Below, piece after piece: positions 13,447 to 27,417 of a DNA stretch of 64,000 nucleotides. The notes below the pieces were generated by a model. The model did no database searches and had not been told where the DNA came from. It saw nothing but the letters and a program-made list of their open reading frames with translations. Every line of letters starts with the position of its first letter. The first letter of the stretch is position 1. Made by a program: the position numbers and the translations under genes. The stretch lies in assembly GCF_009914755.1 (NCBI RefSeq), contig NC_060926.1; one strand, written 5' to 3'. This DNA is from the human T2T-CHM13v2.0 reference genome, Homo sapiens.

Positions 13447-15463
13447 ATAAAAGTGAGGAAACTTTGAAGTAAGGAAATACAAAAAACTTTCGATTGACTT
13501 GTGAAACATAGCTTGTACTGTAGGGAAGACTTCAGCTCAGTGTTGCTAAATTTTATCAAATGCTCTTCCTCCTTAAAGATGAGATTTGTTATTATTTCAC
13601 ACTTTCTGTGACATTCCACTATAATATTATCTTTACTTTCATAACTTTAAAATGATATTTTTCTTAGTCTTCCATCTACATTGTCTCTTAATTTCCACAT
13701 ATTTTCTACCAACTTCAAAGGCTTCAGATGATGTCTTTTTACATGTTTCTGTGTTGTAAGAGTAGCAATTCTCCTACAAGATATAACAACCTGGATTTCT
13801 AAGTAGCAGAAGAATTCCAAATCCAGGTTTGAATCAGAGATGGCAAATTAATGAATTACTAGGAATAGAAATTAAATATTAGCTAATAAATGGACATCTA
13901 ACCCTGAATGAAGCAGTTAATGACCCTCTTTCCTGATGATCTTTCTCCAAATAAAACCCCTACTTCAAATATTTAAAAAGTTACTATATTTTAATGTGTA
14001 TAAGATTATAAATGTAAATTAAGATAAAAGGAAGCCAAGGGGGAAAGTGACATAAAATTGTTTTGACTCTTCATCAAATGACCACACACCCTATTAACAC
14101 AACAAATATTTATGTGAGGCCTATGTCTACTGCACAGGTCATACTAAGGCTATCACTGGCACTACCACTAAGCAGGGATTTGATTAAAGATGAATTATTC
14201 ATGCTAGATTTTGCTTTAGTTCTTAAATAGAGGTGATAGGTTTATGAAAACTCATTTTGTTATTAGGCTTTGTCCCATAGATATGCTACATATATACTCT
14301 TGCATTTATCAGATACTATGTTTAGCAATATATATTTATAAAAATGAATTATTCATTAACGCCTGAGGCCAGTCTATCACTTTATAAATGACAGTGGGGA
14401 AGCATAAAATGTCGAGTAAATAATTTAGATTGAAAACCTGAGCATTTCTTTCTAAGATACTCAGGAAAGTGAGAGTAATTTGAATAAAGAAGTTGTCTTT
14501 TTCTTCCTTGACTTCCACTCAGGCATGGAGGAGAGTCCAACCCATGACGATCTCTCTCTTCATGGCAGATATTTTATGATTAGAACGGTGAGGAAGGCTT
14601 GTGATGCTCAGTGCCCATCTTGGAATATCCTCTTCTATGGAAACAGGTTACATGATTTCCCTCTGCTTAAAATGCTATTCTCTCACCCTGTTGTTCTGGT
14701 CATAACCCATTAAACTCAAATCTTCCAATGACCCAAATACATTTATAGACCTGATATAAAAGGTGTTTTGTGTAAAGACTCTTCTCAGTAAGAACATTTC
14801 ACGTTAAATTACGACTCAAGTAGATCTTCACTCATGAAGAAATTTGAAATAAAGCAGTTTAAGGACAGGAGAAGCAGAGACTGTGGACATACAGATGTGG
14901 CAGTCATCACAGCAGAAAAATTAAAAGAGCCAAGTTTATTTAGAGGCAGGTAGAGACAAAGATAAGATGGACCATGAGTGAGTCATCATTGGAATAGAAA
15001 TAAATGGGAGCCCACTTTTGAAAGGACATCAACAGACTACAACTTGAGAACTTCCCATGCATCTCAGTGAGTTATAAGGTGCTCTGTTGCCAAGAACTCT
15101 TTAATCTCTTTTTCTGTCAGTTTGATTGTTTTAGATTTCACATATAAGTGAGATTGTGCAGCATATATGTGGCTGCTGAGGCACTGTCTTGGTGTTCACT
15201 AATAAATCTCTATCACCTATATTAACTTGGATGTGTTTCTGATCCTTGTAACCTAAAAGTACCAAACTAATACCACAGTTCATAGGACAAAAGACTTTCA
15301 TATTTTGAAGAAACTACAGAGACAGATTATTTTACCAGTTCCATATTGAAAGCTTAAATTCCTTCCGTAATTTCTCATAAGTGTTCTTTCAACTACTTTG
15401 CCCATTCTGTGATGGCCAACTCCCTGCCTCTCAATTGCAGCAAAGTTCAAAAACTAAAAAGTT

Positions 15464-15671
15464 GGCCATTGTGGTGGCTCACACATGTAATCCCAGCACT
15501 TTGGGAGGCCGAGTGGGCGGATCATGAGGTCAGGAGATTGAGACCATCCTGGCTAACCCGGTGAAACCCTGTCTCTACTAAAAATACAAAAAATTAGCTG
15601 GGCGTGGTGGTGGGTCCCTGTAATCCCAGCTACTCCGGAGGCTAAGGCAGGAGAATCACTTGAACCTGGGA
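15464..15671 (+). mobile_element. Alu lacking its 3' end and tail (AluS, Sc-like), fused directly to L1
   Basis: Intact 5' start, left arm, linker, right arm to gagaatcacttgaacctggga; L1 sequence follows at once. Confidence 0.95.
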
Positions 15672-18600
15672 AGTTCAAGCCAGTACTAGCCAATGCAAAA
15701 ACACACCAAAATATAAAGACCAATGACACTATGAAGAAACTGCATCAAATACTGTGCAAAATAACCAGATAGCATCAAGATGACATATCAAATTCAAGCA
15801 TGAGAATACTAAACTTAAACGTAAATGCAAATGTCCTAATGAAAAGACACACACTGACAAATTGGATAAAGAGTCAATATGGTGTGCTGTATTCAGGAGA
15901 CTCATCTCATGGGGAAAGGAACACATAGGCTCAAAATAAACGAATGAAGGAAAATTTGCCAAGCAAATGGAAAGCAAATAAATAAATAAATAAATAAAAG
16001 CAGGAGTTGCAATCCAAGTCTCTGACAAAATGGACTTTAAACCAACAAAGATCAAGAAAGACAAAGAAGGCCATTACATAATGGTAAACGGAACAATTGA
16101 ACAAAAAGAGCTAACTATTCTAAATATTTATGCACTCAATACAGGACTACCCAGATTCATAAAACAAGTTCTTTTAGACATACAAATAGACTTACAGTCC
16201 CACACAATAATTGTGGGGGACTTTAACACCCCACTGTCAATATTAGACAGAACAACAAGTCAGATAATTAAGAGGGATATTCAGGACTTGAACTCAGATG
16301 TGGATCAAGTAGACCTAATAGACATATACAGAACCCTCCACCCCAAATCAACAAATATACATTCTTCTCAGTGCCACGTGGCACTTATTCTAAAATTGAA
16401 CACATATTTGGAAGTAAAACACTCCTCAGCAAATGCAAAAGAACTGAAATAATAACAGTCTCTCAGACAACAGTGCAATCAAATTAGAACTCAAGATGAA
16501 GAAACTCACTCAAAACCACATAATTAAGTGAAAATTGAACAATCTGCTCCCAAAAGACTCCTGGGTAAACATGAAATTAAGGCAGAAACCAAGAAGTTCT
16601 TTGAAACCAATGAGAAAAAAGAGACAACATACCAGAATCTGTGGGACATGGCTAAAGCAGTGTTTAGAGGAAAATTTATAGCACTAAATGCCCACATCAG
16701 AAAGTTAGAAAGATCTTAAATTGACACCCTAACATCACAATTAAAAGAGCTAGAGAGGCAGGAGGAAACTAATCCAAAAGCTAGTAGAAGACAATAAATA
16801 ACTAAGATCACAGCAGAACTGAAGGAGATAGAGACACAAAAATCCTCCAAAAAATCAATGAATCTAGGAGCTGATTTTTTGAAAAAATAAAATAGGTAGA
16901 TGGCTAACTAGACTAATGAAGAAGAAAAGAGAAGAATTAAATAGACACAATAAAAAATGATAAAGAGGATATCACCACTGACCCCACAGAAATACAAACT
17001 TCCATCAGAGCATACTATAAACGTCTTTGTGCAAATAAACTAGAAAATCTAGAAGAAATGGATGAATTTCTGGACGTATACACCCTCTCAAGACTAAATT
17101 AGGAAGAAGTCAAGTCCTTGAATAGACCAATAACAAGTTCTGAAATTGAGGCAGTAATTAATAGCTTACCAACCAAAAAAAAAAGCCCAGGATCAGACAA
17201 ATTCACAGCCGAATTCTACAAGAGGTACAAAGAGGAGCGGGTACCATTCCTTCTGAAACTATTCCAAACAATTGAAAAGGAAGGACTCCTCCCTACTCAT
17301 TTTATGAAGCCAGCATCATCCTGATACCAAAACTGGGAAGAGACATAACAAAAAAAGAAAACTTCAGGCCAACATCGCTGATGAACATCAATGTGAAAAT
17401 TCCCAATAAAATACTGGCAAACTGAATCCAGCAGCGTTTCAGACAACTTATCCACCACAAGCAAGTCGCCGTCATCCCTGGGATGCAAGGCTGGTTCAAC
17501 ATACGCAAATCAATAAATGTAATCCATCACATAAACAGAACCAAAGACAAAAAACAACATGATTATCTCAATAGATGCAGAAAAGACCTTCAATGAAATT
17601 CAACATCCCTTCTTGTTAAAAACTCTCAATAAACTAGGTATTGATGGAACATATTTCAAAATAATAAGAGCTATTTATGACAAACCCACAGCCAATATCA
17701 TATTGAAAGGGCAAAAGCTAGAAGCTTTCCCTTTGAAAACTAGTACAGGGAAGGACTCCCTCTCTCACCATTTCTATTCAACATACTATTGGAAGTTATG
17801 GCCAGGACAATTAGGCAAGAGAAAGAAAGAAAAGGTATTCAAATAGGAAAAGAGGAAGTAAAATATAAAACAACATGATTTTATATTTGGAAAACTCCAG
17901 TCTCTCATCCCAAAAACTCTTTAATCAAATAAGTGACTTCAGCAAAGAGTCAGGTTACAAAATCAATGTGTAAAATCACAAACATTCCTTTACACCAACA
18001 ACAGACAAGCAGAGAGTCAAATCATGAATGAACTCCCATTTACAATTGCTACAAAGAGAATAAAATACCTAAAAATACAGCTTACAGAGGATGTGAAGGA
18101 CTTCTTCAAGGAAAACTATAAACCACTGCTCAAGGAAATAAGAGAGGACACAAACAAATGAAAACATATTTCATCTTCATGGATAGGAAGAATCAATATT
18201 GTGAAAATGGCCATACTGCCCAAAGTAATTTATAGATTCAATGCTATTCCCATCAAACTATCATTGACATTCTTCACAGAATTAGAAAAAACTACTTTAC
18301 ATTTCATATGGAATCAAAGAAGAACCCATATAGTCAAGATAATCCTAAGCAGAAGGAACAAAGCCGGAGGCATCACGCTACCTGACTTCAAACTATACTA
18401 CAAGGCTACAGTAACCAAAACAGCATGGTACTGATAACAAAACAGACATATGGACCAATGGAACAGAAGAGAGACCTCAGAAATAACACCACACATCTAC
18501 AACCATCTGATCTTTGACAAACCTGACAAAAACAAGCAATGGGGAAAGCATTCCCCATTTAGTAAATGTTGGGAAAACTGGCTAGACATATGCAGAAAAC

Positions 18601-19777
18601 TGAAACTGGACCCCTTCCTTACACCTTATACAAAAATTAACTCAAGATGGATTAAAGACTTAAACATAAGACCTAAAACCGTAAAAACCTTAGAAGAAAA
18701 CATAGGCAACACCATTCAGGACATAGGCATGGGCAAAGACTTCATGACAAAAACAGCAAAGCAATGGCAACAAAAGCCAAAATTGACAAATGAGATCTAG
18801 TTAAACTAAAGAAGTTTCACATAGCAAAAGAAACTATCATCAGAGTGAACAGGCAACCTACAGAATGGGAGAAAATTCTTGCAATCTACCCATCTGACAA
18901 AGGTCTAATATCCAGAATTTACAAGGAACTTAAAGAAATTTATAAGAAAAAAACAACCCCATTAAAGAGTAGGCAAAGGAGATGAACAGACACTTCTCAG
19001 AAGAACACATTTATGTGGCCAACAAACATAGGAAGAAAATGTGATACATATACATCACTGATAATTAGACACATGCAAATAAAAACCACAATGAGATATG
19101 ATCTCACTCCAGTCAGAATGGCAGTTATTAAAAAGTCAAGAAACAACAGATGCTGGCTAGGCTGTAGAGAAATAGAAACACTTTTACACTGTTGGTGGGA
19201 ATGTAAATTAGTTCAACCATTGTAGAAGACAGTATGCAATTCCTCAAGGATCTAGAAACAGAAATACCGTGTGACCCAGCAATGCCATTACTGGGTATAT
19301 CCCAAAGGAATATAAATCGTTCTACTACAAAAACACATGCACACATATGTTTATTGCAGCACTATTTACAGCAGCAAAGTCATGGAACCAGCTCAAGTGC
19401 CCATCAATGATAGATGGGATAAAGAAAATGTGATACATGTACACCATGGAATACTATGCAGCCAGAAAAAGGAAAGAAATCATGTCCTTTGCAGGGACAC
19501 GGATGAAGCTGGAAGCCATCATCCTCAGCAAAGTAACACAGGAATAGAAAACCAAAGACTACATGTTCTCACTCATAAGTGGGAATTGAACAATGAGAAC
19601 ACATAGACACAGGGAGGGGAACAACACATACCAGGGTCTGTTGGGGGCTGGGGAATGAGGGGACAGAACTTAGAGGATGGGTCAATAGGTGCAGCAAACC
19701 ACCATGGCACACGTATGCCTATGTAACAAACCTGCACATTCTGCACATGTATCCTGGAACTTAATGAAAAATAAAAA
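15672..19777 (+). mobile_element. 5'-truncated L1PA (about L1PA8-10 age): end of ORF1, frameshifted ORF2, 3'UTR
   Basis: ORF2 peptides at 16030-16452 (EN, IVGDFNTPLS), 17559-17846 (RT, ISIDAEK), 18201-18800; 3'UTR gggtcaataggtgcagcaaaccaccatggcac; many stops and frameshifts. Confidence 0.97.
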
Positions 19778-20879
19778 GTAACTGAGAAAAAAATCTTCTC
19801 TTATAGAATATTTTGAAAATTTATATGAATAATAGCATTATCATCAGTTTTCTAAAAGCAAGCAAAACCAAAATGACTCTGCAAAGTAAAATATTACTAT
19901 ATATATAAGAAAGAGCACCATTTGAGCTGAGAAATATTTAACTACAAGATATTCTCCTGAAAAGTGGCAAGTGTAGTTAATAATCATCAGTACTACCAAG
20001 AAGCATTGATCAAACATTTACTGAAGCATAAAACTGTTTATGACATGTACAGTATCACTACTTCTTCCATGAAAGAGAAATTTTTTTGGTCCTGGAAGAA
20101 AGAATTATCATCCTTTAATTCTTTCCCATGGGACAAAGAACAGAAAATAGATAATCTTCCTCAGAGCAAAAAAAATACTGAAATGTATTGAAGCTTTCTG
20201 CAACTACAGGGATTAGAGAAAGTCTTCTGAAAATAAGACTGCAAAAAATAAGGAGACCCATTAGCTATTCTTTATGTTCTTATATAAAATACATAGACTT
20301 CAACTAAAAATTCTATTGCACATTCTTACATAGTAAAGTTGAGCCAATTGTCTGTTGTCTGAGGTTAAAAAGTTGAAACCAGAAACACAGATTGCATATT
20401 TCCATATTTGCCCAATTGTCTTAGAGTAGTTGAGAAGAACTTTTTTTAGATACTATGCAAAATACTTTACAATAACATTTATAATACTCCTGCAAGATAT
20501 TATTAGCTTGCCCTGTAATAAAACACCAAAAAGTGAATTCGTATGTTCAAAGGCACAGAAGTAGTAAGTGGCAGAACTTAAATGGGAACTTGCATAAGAC
20601 ATGTTGTAAATCCTGTGTGGTTACCACTTTCCTACAATAAAAAAAAGTGTGAGTAAGAAGCTTTTATAATTTGGAAGTTGCAACATGAAAGCCAGAAACA
20701 CTGTGACCAAATGCCTTTCAAATTTCACATAGGACATCTGACTGGAGCATGCGAGTCTGAAAACAAGACGTTTTGCTATCCAGACTCTGGATATCATTAA
20801 AATGAAATCCAAGTTGATGCTAACCAGCAGTCCACCAAATCCACTAAATTTTCTCATCAGTTTCTTTCAACAGCATATA

Positions 20880-20958
20880 TTAGGTTGATTCAGAAATAAT
20901 TGTGGTTTTTGCCATTGAAAATAAAGGCAGAACTGTGATTACTTTTGCCCCAAACTAA
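20880..20958. mobile_element. MADE1 (Hsmar1-derived palindromic MITE)
   Basis: ttaggttg...taattgtggtttttgccatt...ttacttttgccccaaactaa flanked by TA on both sides. Confidence 0.85.
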
Positions 20959-22299
20959 TAGAACAAAAATCAGTGTCACTCACGTTATACAAAGTAAAAA
21001 TATTCAAAATATTAATAACAATAAAAAATAGAATTATATGGATGTGAAAATATTTATACAATATATGATTACCTGAGAAGAAAGAAAATGGCATTGATAA
21101 TAAAAACCTTAATTTTGGGGAAAAAAAGTTTATACATAAGTATGTTGTATTAATACAAAAGTCTTAGACATTCCCATATAGAATGCTAACACTGATAACT
21201 CTGAGGAATGATGGGTGAGACAGATATTTTTACTTATAGCTCATATTTCAAAAATGCAAACACCAATAAAATCACTTAAATAAATTTGTATTTTATAAAG
21301 CCCTCTTGGACAATTTGGTACACTTTCCGTTGTGATGCTACAGAAAAAGAATCAATGTTTTTCACTTTTTATTTTTTACCTCTTGATGAGAAAGTCTTTA
21401 AAATTAAAAAGAATTTAAATTGAAAATAGGAATGGGAAAACTAAAACCATACTGAATTAATTAGATCACTTGACATCCCAGAAGACAGCTTTTAAAGGTC
21501 TTTTTCAAGATAATTTAGGATGTGGCAAGATTTAGAATCACAAATTTGGTAGTGGTGATTTTTGACAATTGTTAAATTTAGAGTCATATTTATGTCGATC
21601 ATTTTTATTCAAAAAAGGAGACTATTATTATTATAATTCTTTCTTTCCTGTAACTCATATAGCTTTGCATATATAATTTATGCAATTTAGTATCTTGTCT
21701 GTAGTTTTTACAACAGCTTATTGAGAAGCTATGTAGATTAGGAAAAGATGTAAGATAATCATGTGCCATCTATACCAATTTTTGTTCTTTTTTTAAATCC
21801 TTAATTGTTTCAACTAAGAAAAGAAGCTATTAAATTGTCATATGTTTTTTACAATGAATTTAAAGAGTAAAGTACATTTAATAATAGAATTCATATTTGG
21901 CTACACTCAGTGTAACATTCTCATTGTATGATTCATTTAAAATGTTGCAACAGTGCATTCATATTAGAGACATTTTCATTCAGTTGGAAGTTATGATGAC
22001 TAATTTATTAGGTAATGACATTCAGATATTTTAGAAAAACCTTTATACACTTTTGCGTCTTCTCAAAAGTTAGCTTTTGGTTACTCTGTTTTCAAGTCTG
22101 GCTAAACTTAAGCATATCACTAAAATGTGATATATGGAATTTGAAATAATAGTCATGATGGTATCTTTCTTCATAACTATATTAAATTCATTTCCTTTTT
22201 AGAGTAATTTTTAACTATATAGTGTTTTCTTTAATATTTTTATTAAATGTTGTGACTATTATATGATAGATAATAAAAATGAAAGAGGAAAAAACACTC

Positions 22300-24455
22300 T
22301 CAAGTCATTTGAATCCTAAAAATTTCACTGAGATAGCAGGCCCTCAAATTTTGGGTGGTTTTGTCTCCTACTCTTTGCCCGTAATTGTCTTCCCAATATG
22401 TCTGTCTTGAGTAAATTTCAACTTCCATCTCAATTGGTCCATTGGTGTGATATAATCAATAACATGGGCCAGCATTATATCCTGTTTAGGGGAAAGGCAA
22501 GTCCCTGCTATGTACACATGACATAGAGCTGGAAAGGATATATTCCCCCTAATTAATACTGTGAATGTATATTGCAGGTCTTATCTTTTGAAAGCAAGTT
22601 GCTCCACTTGCTCTTCATTATCAAATACCTAGAAAGCTAAAGCATTTGCCAGATCAATAGCCATATACTAGAGAATTTGTTGATTTTTCCCCAAGAAAAC
22701 TATAATTTGAATAACAGTTGCAATTGGAATAACGATTTGATTTTTTATAACTCTGTACTTTTTTCCTTGATCCATTTATTCTTTGCCAAGGCCAAAAGAT
22801 TAGTTAAAGGGGATATAGTAAAAGTCATCATCTCTGCATCTTCCAAATGCTTAATGGTAGGAGGCAGCATTACTGGTAGTCTATTTTGCTCCAGGGATGC
22901 AGCATTACTTTTCATCTACTTCACTGATAAATGCACTTTTAGTGGTTTGCATTTGGCTTCTCCTACCGTAATCATCCTCATTTCATGGGTCAAAGAAATA
23001 GTGTGAGAATTCTGCCATTGCCGAATATGTTTATTTAAATTGTATAATCTGGAATTGAAGAAATAACCACAGGGCGATTTTGTCCAACCACTATGTACAC
23101 AGTGAAACAAAACGAAGCCAAAGTTCCACTGATTATCTGTGCCATCTATACCCTGTGGGACCACAGTGAAGATTTTTGTCCCTAGATATTTGGGTCAAAG
23201 TGTTTAGTTACTGTCTTTGGTTACTCTCCCTACTTCTGAATTCTTCCCCTTCTGAATGCACAGTCACCTCGGGAAGATTAACAGTATACATTTCCTCAAG
23301 GTGACTGAACTTCATTCAAGGGGCTCAGGGTCTGTGAACTGACTCTGTTCTTAACTTTGTGGAGGACCTATGACTTTCTATTTTGGTAGTTAAAGTCAGA
23401 CTTCTGTTCTCTAGCCCTAGAGCTCTTCTGCTTATATAAATCAAGTAAGACTTCAGTAGGCTGTCTATCTACTTTAGTCATAAAGATATGATCAGATACC
23501 TAATGCCTAAGATACCTGCAAGTCATACTATTCTAATATGACTTTGCTCCACTCCCTATTATAATAAACACTCCATTACAGTAACTACATCTACCTTTTC
23601 TTGGAAGATTGACAACACTTGGTCCCTACTTCCCTGGGATGCTATTATTTCCATTGAACTTACAGATCTCAGTTTGATGCCATCAATCCCCCTGTCATTC
23701 TGATCTATACAGAAAGAAAGAAGAAGAAGAAAAAGAACAGGGGTTGGGTGGGGAGAAAGAAAGAAAGCTCTTCTAACATTATGGAGCTCCTCTTATAAAT
23801 TTATTTCTTGCAGCTGTGATTAAAAGAGTGTCTTCTAGAATCTATGCAATGTGTAAGCAGGTCTTACATAATACATCCACTCTATTATTTCAATCTCCAT
23901 ATGCTTTTGGATAGTTTCCTTTGTAGTACACTAAGAAAATTTTGGTATTTAATCTTTACTTAATATAGGCCAACTCTGGGTCTATATTTCAGTCAACCAA
24001 AAAGCATATTGTTAGGACCATGCCTATCTATTTGTTCTAAAATGCTGTATCTAAAATCCTTGCTTAGTAAACCCATACAAACAAATTTGGTATAATCCAA
24101 ATTCATATTCTTCTATTTGATCCCTTGATTGTAAGATGTATTTCTACATGATTCTCTAGATTTCTGTCATGTAAATCAGCAAAATAAAACAATTATTTGG
24201 CTGGCTATTACATCTCCTTATGGGTCACATTTTATATATTGCCCTTTTGGGCCTGCTAGGGGATGAGTCTGGTTATACAGGCCTAGAAGCAAGGAGAGAT
24301 TGTAGAGTAGGTCCTGATGAGAATTAGGCAGTGCCTTGCAAGAGAGGTATTAATATTTTAGGAGAGAGCATTATAGGTTTTTCAGGAGGGGAACGCTAAC
24401 CTTCCCAGACAGGGGTGGAAGAGCTGCTTCAACTAGCAAAGATGGCTTGGTGGAC
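22300..24455 (-). mobile_element. Ancient ERV-L internal fossil (gag-protease-RT)
   Basis: Minus-strand peptides: QFTDPEPLE* (gag end, TGA at 23312-23314), WQNSHTISLT...ITVGEAKCKPL, TIKHLEDA, AIDLANA, QYTFTVL, GPAISVKFLG, in the order of HERV-L gag/pol. Confidence 0.85.
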
Positions 24456-25626
24456 ATTACAGACTTAAGGCCTCAGCTTTATCAGAATCTGCCATATTTG
24501 CAGTGCCTAGGTAACTCACAGGGAATAAGTTAATTCCCCTGGAAACTTGTATTAATGTTTTTAGGCATCATTAATTTTATTTTCCAGAGAGTTATTAACA
24601 AGGACTGCACTGTTTTATTGACATGGCAAGTTACTCATCAAATGATCAGATTCAATGCAACTATTAGATGTTTCCCACACATAATTAGACTCCAGATTTC
24701 TATATAGTATATATAATTCCATAGTGAGTAAAATTAGTGAAAAATATTTATTTTCTATTCTTGAATCTAGATAGTAAAACTATTACTACATTTACTATAA
24801 GATGATAGAATTTAAGTATTCAAGGGATAGTAATTTGGTTAATTTTTTAGGATAAAATAAAATAATCTATATAAATATACAAATCTCAATTTTTAAATAT
24901 ATTTATCTTAAAAAGATTGAAAAATGAGATTCTAATTACATTGAAATTATGGGACACAATCACCTGTACAATATCCCCCCTAAATAATTTCCAAAAAGGC
25001 ATGTTTGTGTCTAAGGCAAAATTCTAGCCTTATCCTGATTACCTCAGAAATACAAAAAAAAAAAAAAAAAATACTAGGAAAGTCTCATCATAAAATCAAG
25101 AACTTATAATACAAAATAGTTTTTAATAGAACATATTTAATTTCCAACTCTATACACTTAAATAAATTCTATTAAACCAGTTCTGTTCTTTAACTCTTGT
25201 TGTCACTCAGTGAAAAGTGCTTTCTTCTTAGGCTGGTATTGATGTTAGTTAGGACATGTCCTGTGAACAGTAGCTAAGGTACCGTAAGGCTGTTCACTAA
25301 GATTCAAGGTCTGGGCGTTAGTTATATTTCAGGAAATTTTGGAATTCCCTGAAGTATTAAGGAGCTTTTGTCTCTAGTAATGACTTAGAACTTTTGAAAA
25401 AAATTCAGTCACTGAAAAAGTAACTATATTAGTATAGTAGTAATATAAACTGCATATTCATATGTACAGTATATGTACACATATATAGTAGTATAAAAGT
25501 AATATGATAGTGTTCTTTTGTTAGTAAGATTAATGAAGACATTTCTTAAATAGAAACTTTGTCACTATTTTTAAAAAGGGTCTTTTGGAAAAAAAGTTTT
25601 ATTATTTTCTAAGGGAGAATGTTTAT

Positions 25627-25763
25627 TTCATTTTTTAAAAAAGCTTTATACATACCATACAATTCACCCACTTAAAGCATACAATTCAGTGGCTTTTAGC
25701 ATATACACAGATTTGTGCAACCACCACCACAGTCACTTTTAGAACATTTTCATTATCCCAAAA
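25627..25763 (-). mobile_element. L1MB-like extreme 3' end fragment
   Basis: cataccatacaattcacccacttaaag...acaattcagtggcttttag...tagaacattttcattatccc. Confidence 0.75.
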
Positions 25764-26018
25764 TAGCTTTTCTTTTAGTAAGAGTCTGCTGGTGACAGAA
25801 TCCTTGGCTTTGTTTGTCCAAAAACATCTTATAAGATATTTTTCCCTGTGTATGCAATTGTAAGTTGACAATTTTCTTTCATTCCAGTTAACACTGATTG
25901 TAGCTGAGACATCTGCTGCTGTGTTGCTCCTTCAAAGGTGATGTGTCTTTTCTCTCTAATTTTAAGATCTTTTCTTGGTCTTTGTGTTCTGCAATTTTAT
26001 TACAATGTGACTAGGTAT

Positions 26019-26501
26019 GTGATAATTTTAAAATAAGTCTACAAATTCTTAGACAGCCCTTTCTTCATGAAATGGAACCTAATTCTTCTCCCTCTCAGTG
26101 TGGGCTGAACCTAGTGACTTCATTCTAACAACAGAATTTGGCAAAATATTACTTCCAAAACCAGGCCAATGTTCTTTTCTGCTTTCTCACTTGGATTGCC
26201 ACTCTGGGAAAGACAGCTGTCAGGTCATGAGCACACTCAAGCGAGCCCTGTGGAGGGGTCCATGTGGCAAGGCACAGAGGCCTCCAATAAACAGACATAT
26301 GTGTGAGCCATCTCGGAAGCAGATACTCCAGCCCCAGTCCAGCCTTCAGATGACTACAATCTCACAAGTGACCCCAAGCTAGACCTACTAAGCTAAGCAA
26401 CTAGTGATTCCTGTCCCACAGCAACTGTAAGATATTAATAAGTATGTGTTATTTTAAGCCTCTGAGTTCTGGGTAATTTGTATATAGAAATTGATTAATG
26501 C
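26019..26501 (+). mobile_element. MLT1F/G/H-like MaLR solo LTR
   Basis: tgtgggctgaacctagtgacttc; gagccatctcggaagcagatactccagccccagtccagccttcagatgact; ttttaagcctctgagttctgggtaatttg. Confidence 0.8.
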
Positions 26502-26572
26502 AAGGTGTAAAAATGTTTAAATAAGTTTGCTTATTGAGCTAGAATAAACATAAAAAGAGTGCATAAAATATA

Positions 26573-26993
26573 TGATATGGTTTGGATATATGTCCCCTCC
26601 AAATCTTGTGTGGAAATATAATCCCCAATGTTGGAGGCTGGGCTTAGTGGGAGGTGTTTGGGTAATGGGGATAGATCCTTTGTGAATGTCTTGGTACCAT
26701 CCCCTTGGTGATAAGTGAGTTCTCACTTCTTCAGTTCATCTGAGAGCTAGTTGTTGAAAAGAGCCTGACCTCCTGCTCACTCTTTCTTTCTCCCTCTCTC
26801 TCCATGTGATACACCTGTTTCCCCTTCATCTTCCACCATAAGTAGAAGCTTCCTGAGACCTAACCAGAAGCCAAGCATAGGCTGGTGTTATCCTTGTACA
26901 GCGTGAAGAACCATAAGCCAAATAAACCTCTTTTCTTTATAAATTACCCAGTCTCATCTATTCCTTTATGGCAACACAAAATGGACTAATACA
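26573..26993 (+). mobile_element. MSTB-like MaLR solo LTR
   Basis: tgatatggtttggat...aataaacctcttttctttataaattacccagtctc...ggactaataca; 5-bp TSD atata/atatg. Confidence 0.92.
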
Positions 26994-27417
26994 ATATGTA
27001 TACAGTTCAATAAATATTCATAAAGTAAAAATATCTAATTGATCACCACCCAGATCAAGAAACAGAACAACTGGATATATATTTCTTTCTTTTTAGTAAC
27101 CTGCTTGAGATTTGCTTGCCTTCTTGAATCTGTGGATTGATTTTCAAAAGTTCTGGAAGATTCTCAGACATTGTCTTTTAATATTGTCTCTGCTCCATTT
27201 TTACTCTCTTTTTTTTCTCCTAGAACTTCACTCATGGGTTATGTTGAATCTTCTCATTCTATGCTCCATATCCCTCAGCCTCTTGCTTTATATTATTGAT
27301 CTGTTAATCTCGCTAGGCTGCATTTTGGAAAACTTCTTCAGACCTAGTTTCCTATTTATCAATTGTTTCTGCAGCTTTGTCTAATTCACATATACAAGGC
27401 TTTTCATTGCTATAATA

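Noticed and set aside
25263-25297. 8-bp inverted repeat gtgaacag/ctgttcac
   Set aside because: Short enough to occur by chance in 64 kb.
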